Source: Paraspadella gotoi (taxonomy: Eukaryota; Animalia; Chaetognatha). Taken from it: DNA of 9,055 nt. The notes beneath the pieces were generated by a model, which made no database searches, was not told the origin of the DNA, and saw only the letters and a program-made list of their open reading frames with translations. Position 1 is the first letter of the stretch. Each line of letters opens with the position of its first letter. The position numbers and the translations under genes were made by a program. The stretch covers positions 1 through 9,055 of the forward strand of contig JBJCIZ010001192.1 of NCBI GenBank assembly GCA_051294375.1, in the 5' to 3' direction. Shown here piece after piece: positions 7,933 through 9,055 of the stretch.

Positions 7933-8409
7933 CGTGTTGTATTGTGAAACGCGACTTCGTTGGTGTTGTGTCATAACCCTCATAATCTTAGAGAGACCCG
8001 ATCGTCGTTTTCGTCGTATTCGTCGTCGACGCCTTCGTCTCATCGTCCCTTACAAAAACCCAACTTTTTCTCCTCGTCGGGAACTCGAATCTCCACATTT
8101 GAAAATTCTTCAAAATGTTATTTGACTTCATTCATGGGAGAGAATAAACGAGACTGTGAGGGAGTCTTGATTTCAGAGCTTACAGGTTCTTGCTATGCTA
8201 TTATTATCTTGTAAGAGTCAAAAGTCAGGGGCAAGATAGCTTATTTATTAAATGAATGGATAATGTTTCTATTGGTTGTACCAATTTTATGAATAATAAT
8301 CCACATGGTCATAATCTCCTTCCGATTTCAATATTTTTTTAAACTATCATTGTCGTTGATGATAAAAGATATTTTAAACATTATTTCAAAATGAATATAC
8401 ACGTGGAAA

Positions 8410-8435
8410 AAGCTATCAAGCTATCAAGCTATCAA
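8410..8435. repeat. Perfect tandem repeat (AAGCTATC)x3
   Basis: aagctatc aagctatc aagctatc aa. Confidence 0.9.
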
Positions 8436-8925
8436 ATGAATCAGGTGAAGTAAAGAATCTTGAGAAATTTTAAAATCGTTTTCTGTCCGGGTAAAACCTG
8501 AAAAAACTTTTGACTGTATCGAATAAACAATTAATATCAACAAAAACATCGTTGCATCAATTATTGAAAAAAAGATTGTTCTATTTTCTCACCATAATTT
8601 CTCCCATCAGTGCCATTTCACCGAGTGCCGAGTTGTTGAGCCGCGGAAAAAGATCATATGATCATTAGCTGCCCTCGAGACGAGACGTACATGTATTTGA
8701 ACTCAATAAATATTATCGCGACGTGAAGGCCGCTCTTTTCATTTCCTCACTAATTGAAAAAAGAAAAGAAAAAAAGGAAAAAAATGCAACCATACATAAA
8801 ACCATAAGGAGAATGATTTGTCTTGCCTGGTTTGCATCTCACCATCATAAAATCATTATGCCGGATGAAAGGGAGAGGGATAAAAGTGGGAGGTGGGGGT
8901 GAAGGAGGAATGTGAAGATGGGAAA

Positions 8926-9031
8926 AGGCGGAGGCCGAACGTTCGAATTAGAAAGGAAAAAAAAAAGATTAGTTNNNNNNNNNNAGGCGGAGGCCGAATG
9001 AGCGAATTAGATAGGAAAAAAAAGATTAGTT
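8926..9031. other. Assembly gap (10 N, 8975-8984) flanked by a duplicated ~48 bp segment
   Basis: aggcggaggccgaa...cgaattaga.aggaaaa..gattagtt occurs at 8926-8974 and again at 8985-9031 with a few differences. Confidence 0.9.
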
Positions 9032-9055
9032 ATAAATGGAGAAGAAAAGACATAA

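Noticed and set aside
7843-8214. Arg-rich ORFs 7843-8043, 7874-8125 and ORF 7960-8214
   Set aside because: They arise from (GA)n and tcg/cga repeats and show no protein features.

Overview
This is AT-rich eukaryotic genomic DNA dominated by one apparently full-length non-LTR retrotransposon (LINE, Jockey/I-group-like) on the minus strand (~2896 to >7620). Its gag-like ORF1 (566 aa, three CCHC knuckles) is intact. The overlapping ORF2 (APE endonuclease + reverse transcriptase) is broken by many single-base indels below ~5500 and is followed by a 3' stem-loop and a (TATC)n tail. Left of the LINE, 1-2058 is non-coding: two palindrome-dense GC blocks, mirror-image CT/GA tracts, a central inverted repeat and a ~28-copy 16-19 bp minisatellite, possibly all one foldback-like element. 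A CpG/GAGA-rich promoter-like stretch follows (2060-2720). The right end has a second CpG/GAGA-rich stretch and a 10-N gap flanked by a duplicated ~48 bp segment. No host protein-coding gene, RNA gene or CRISPR array is supported. All translations and alignments were done by eye.
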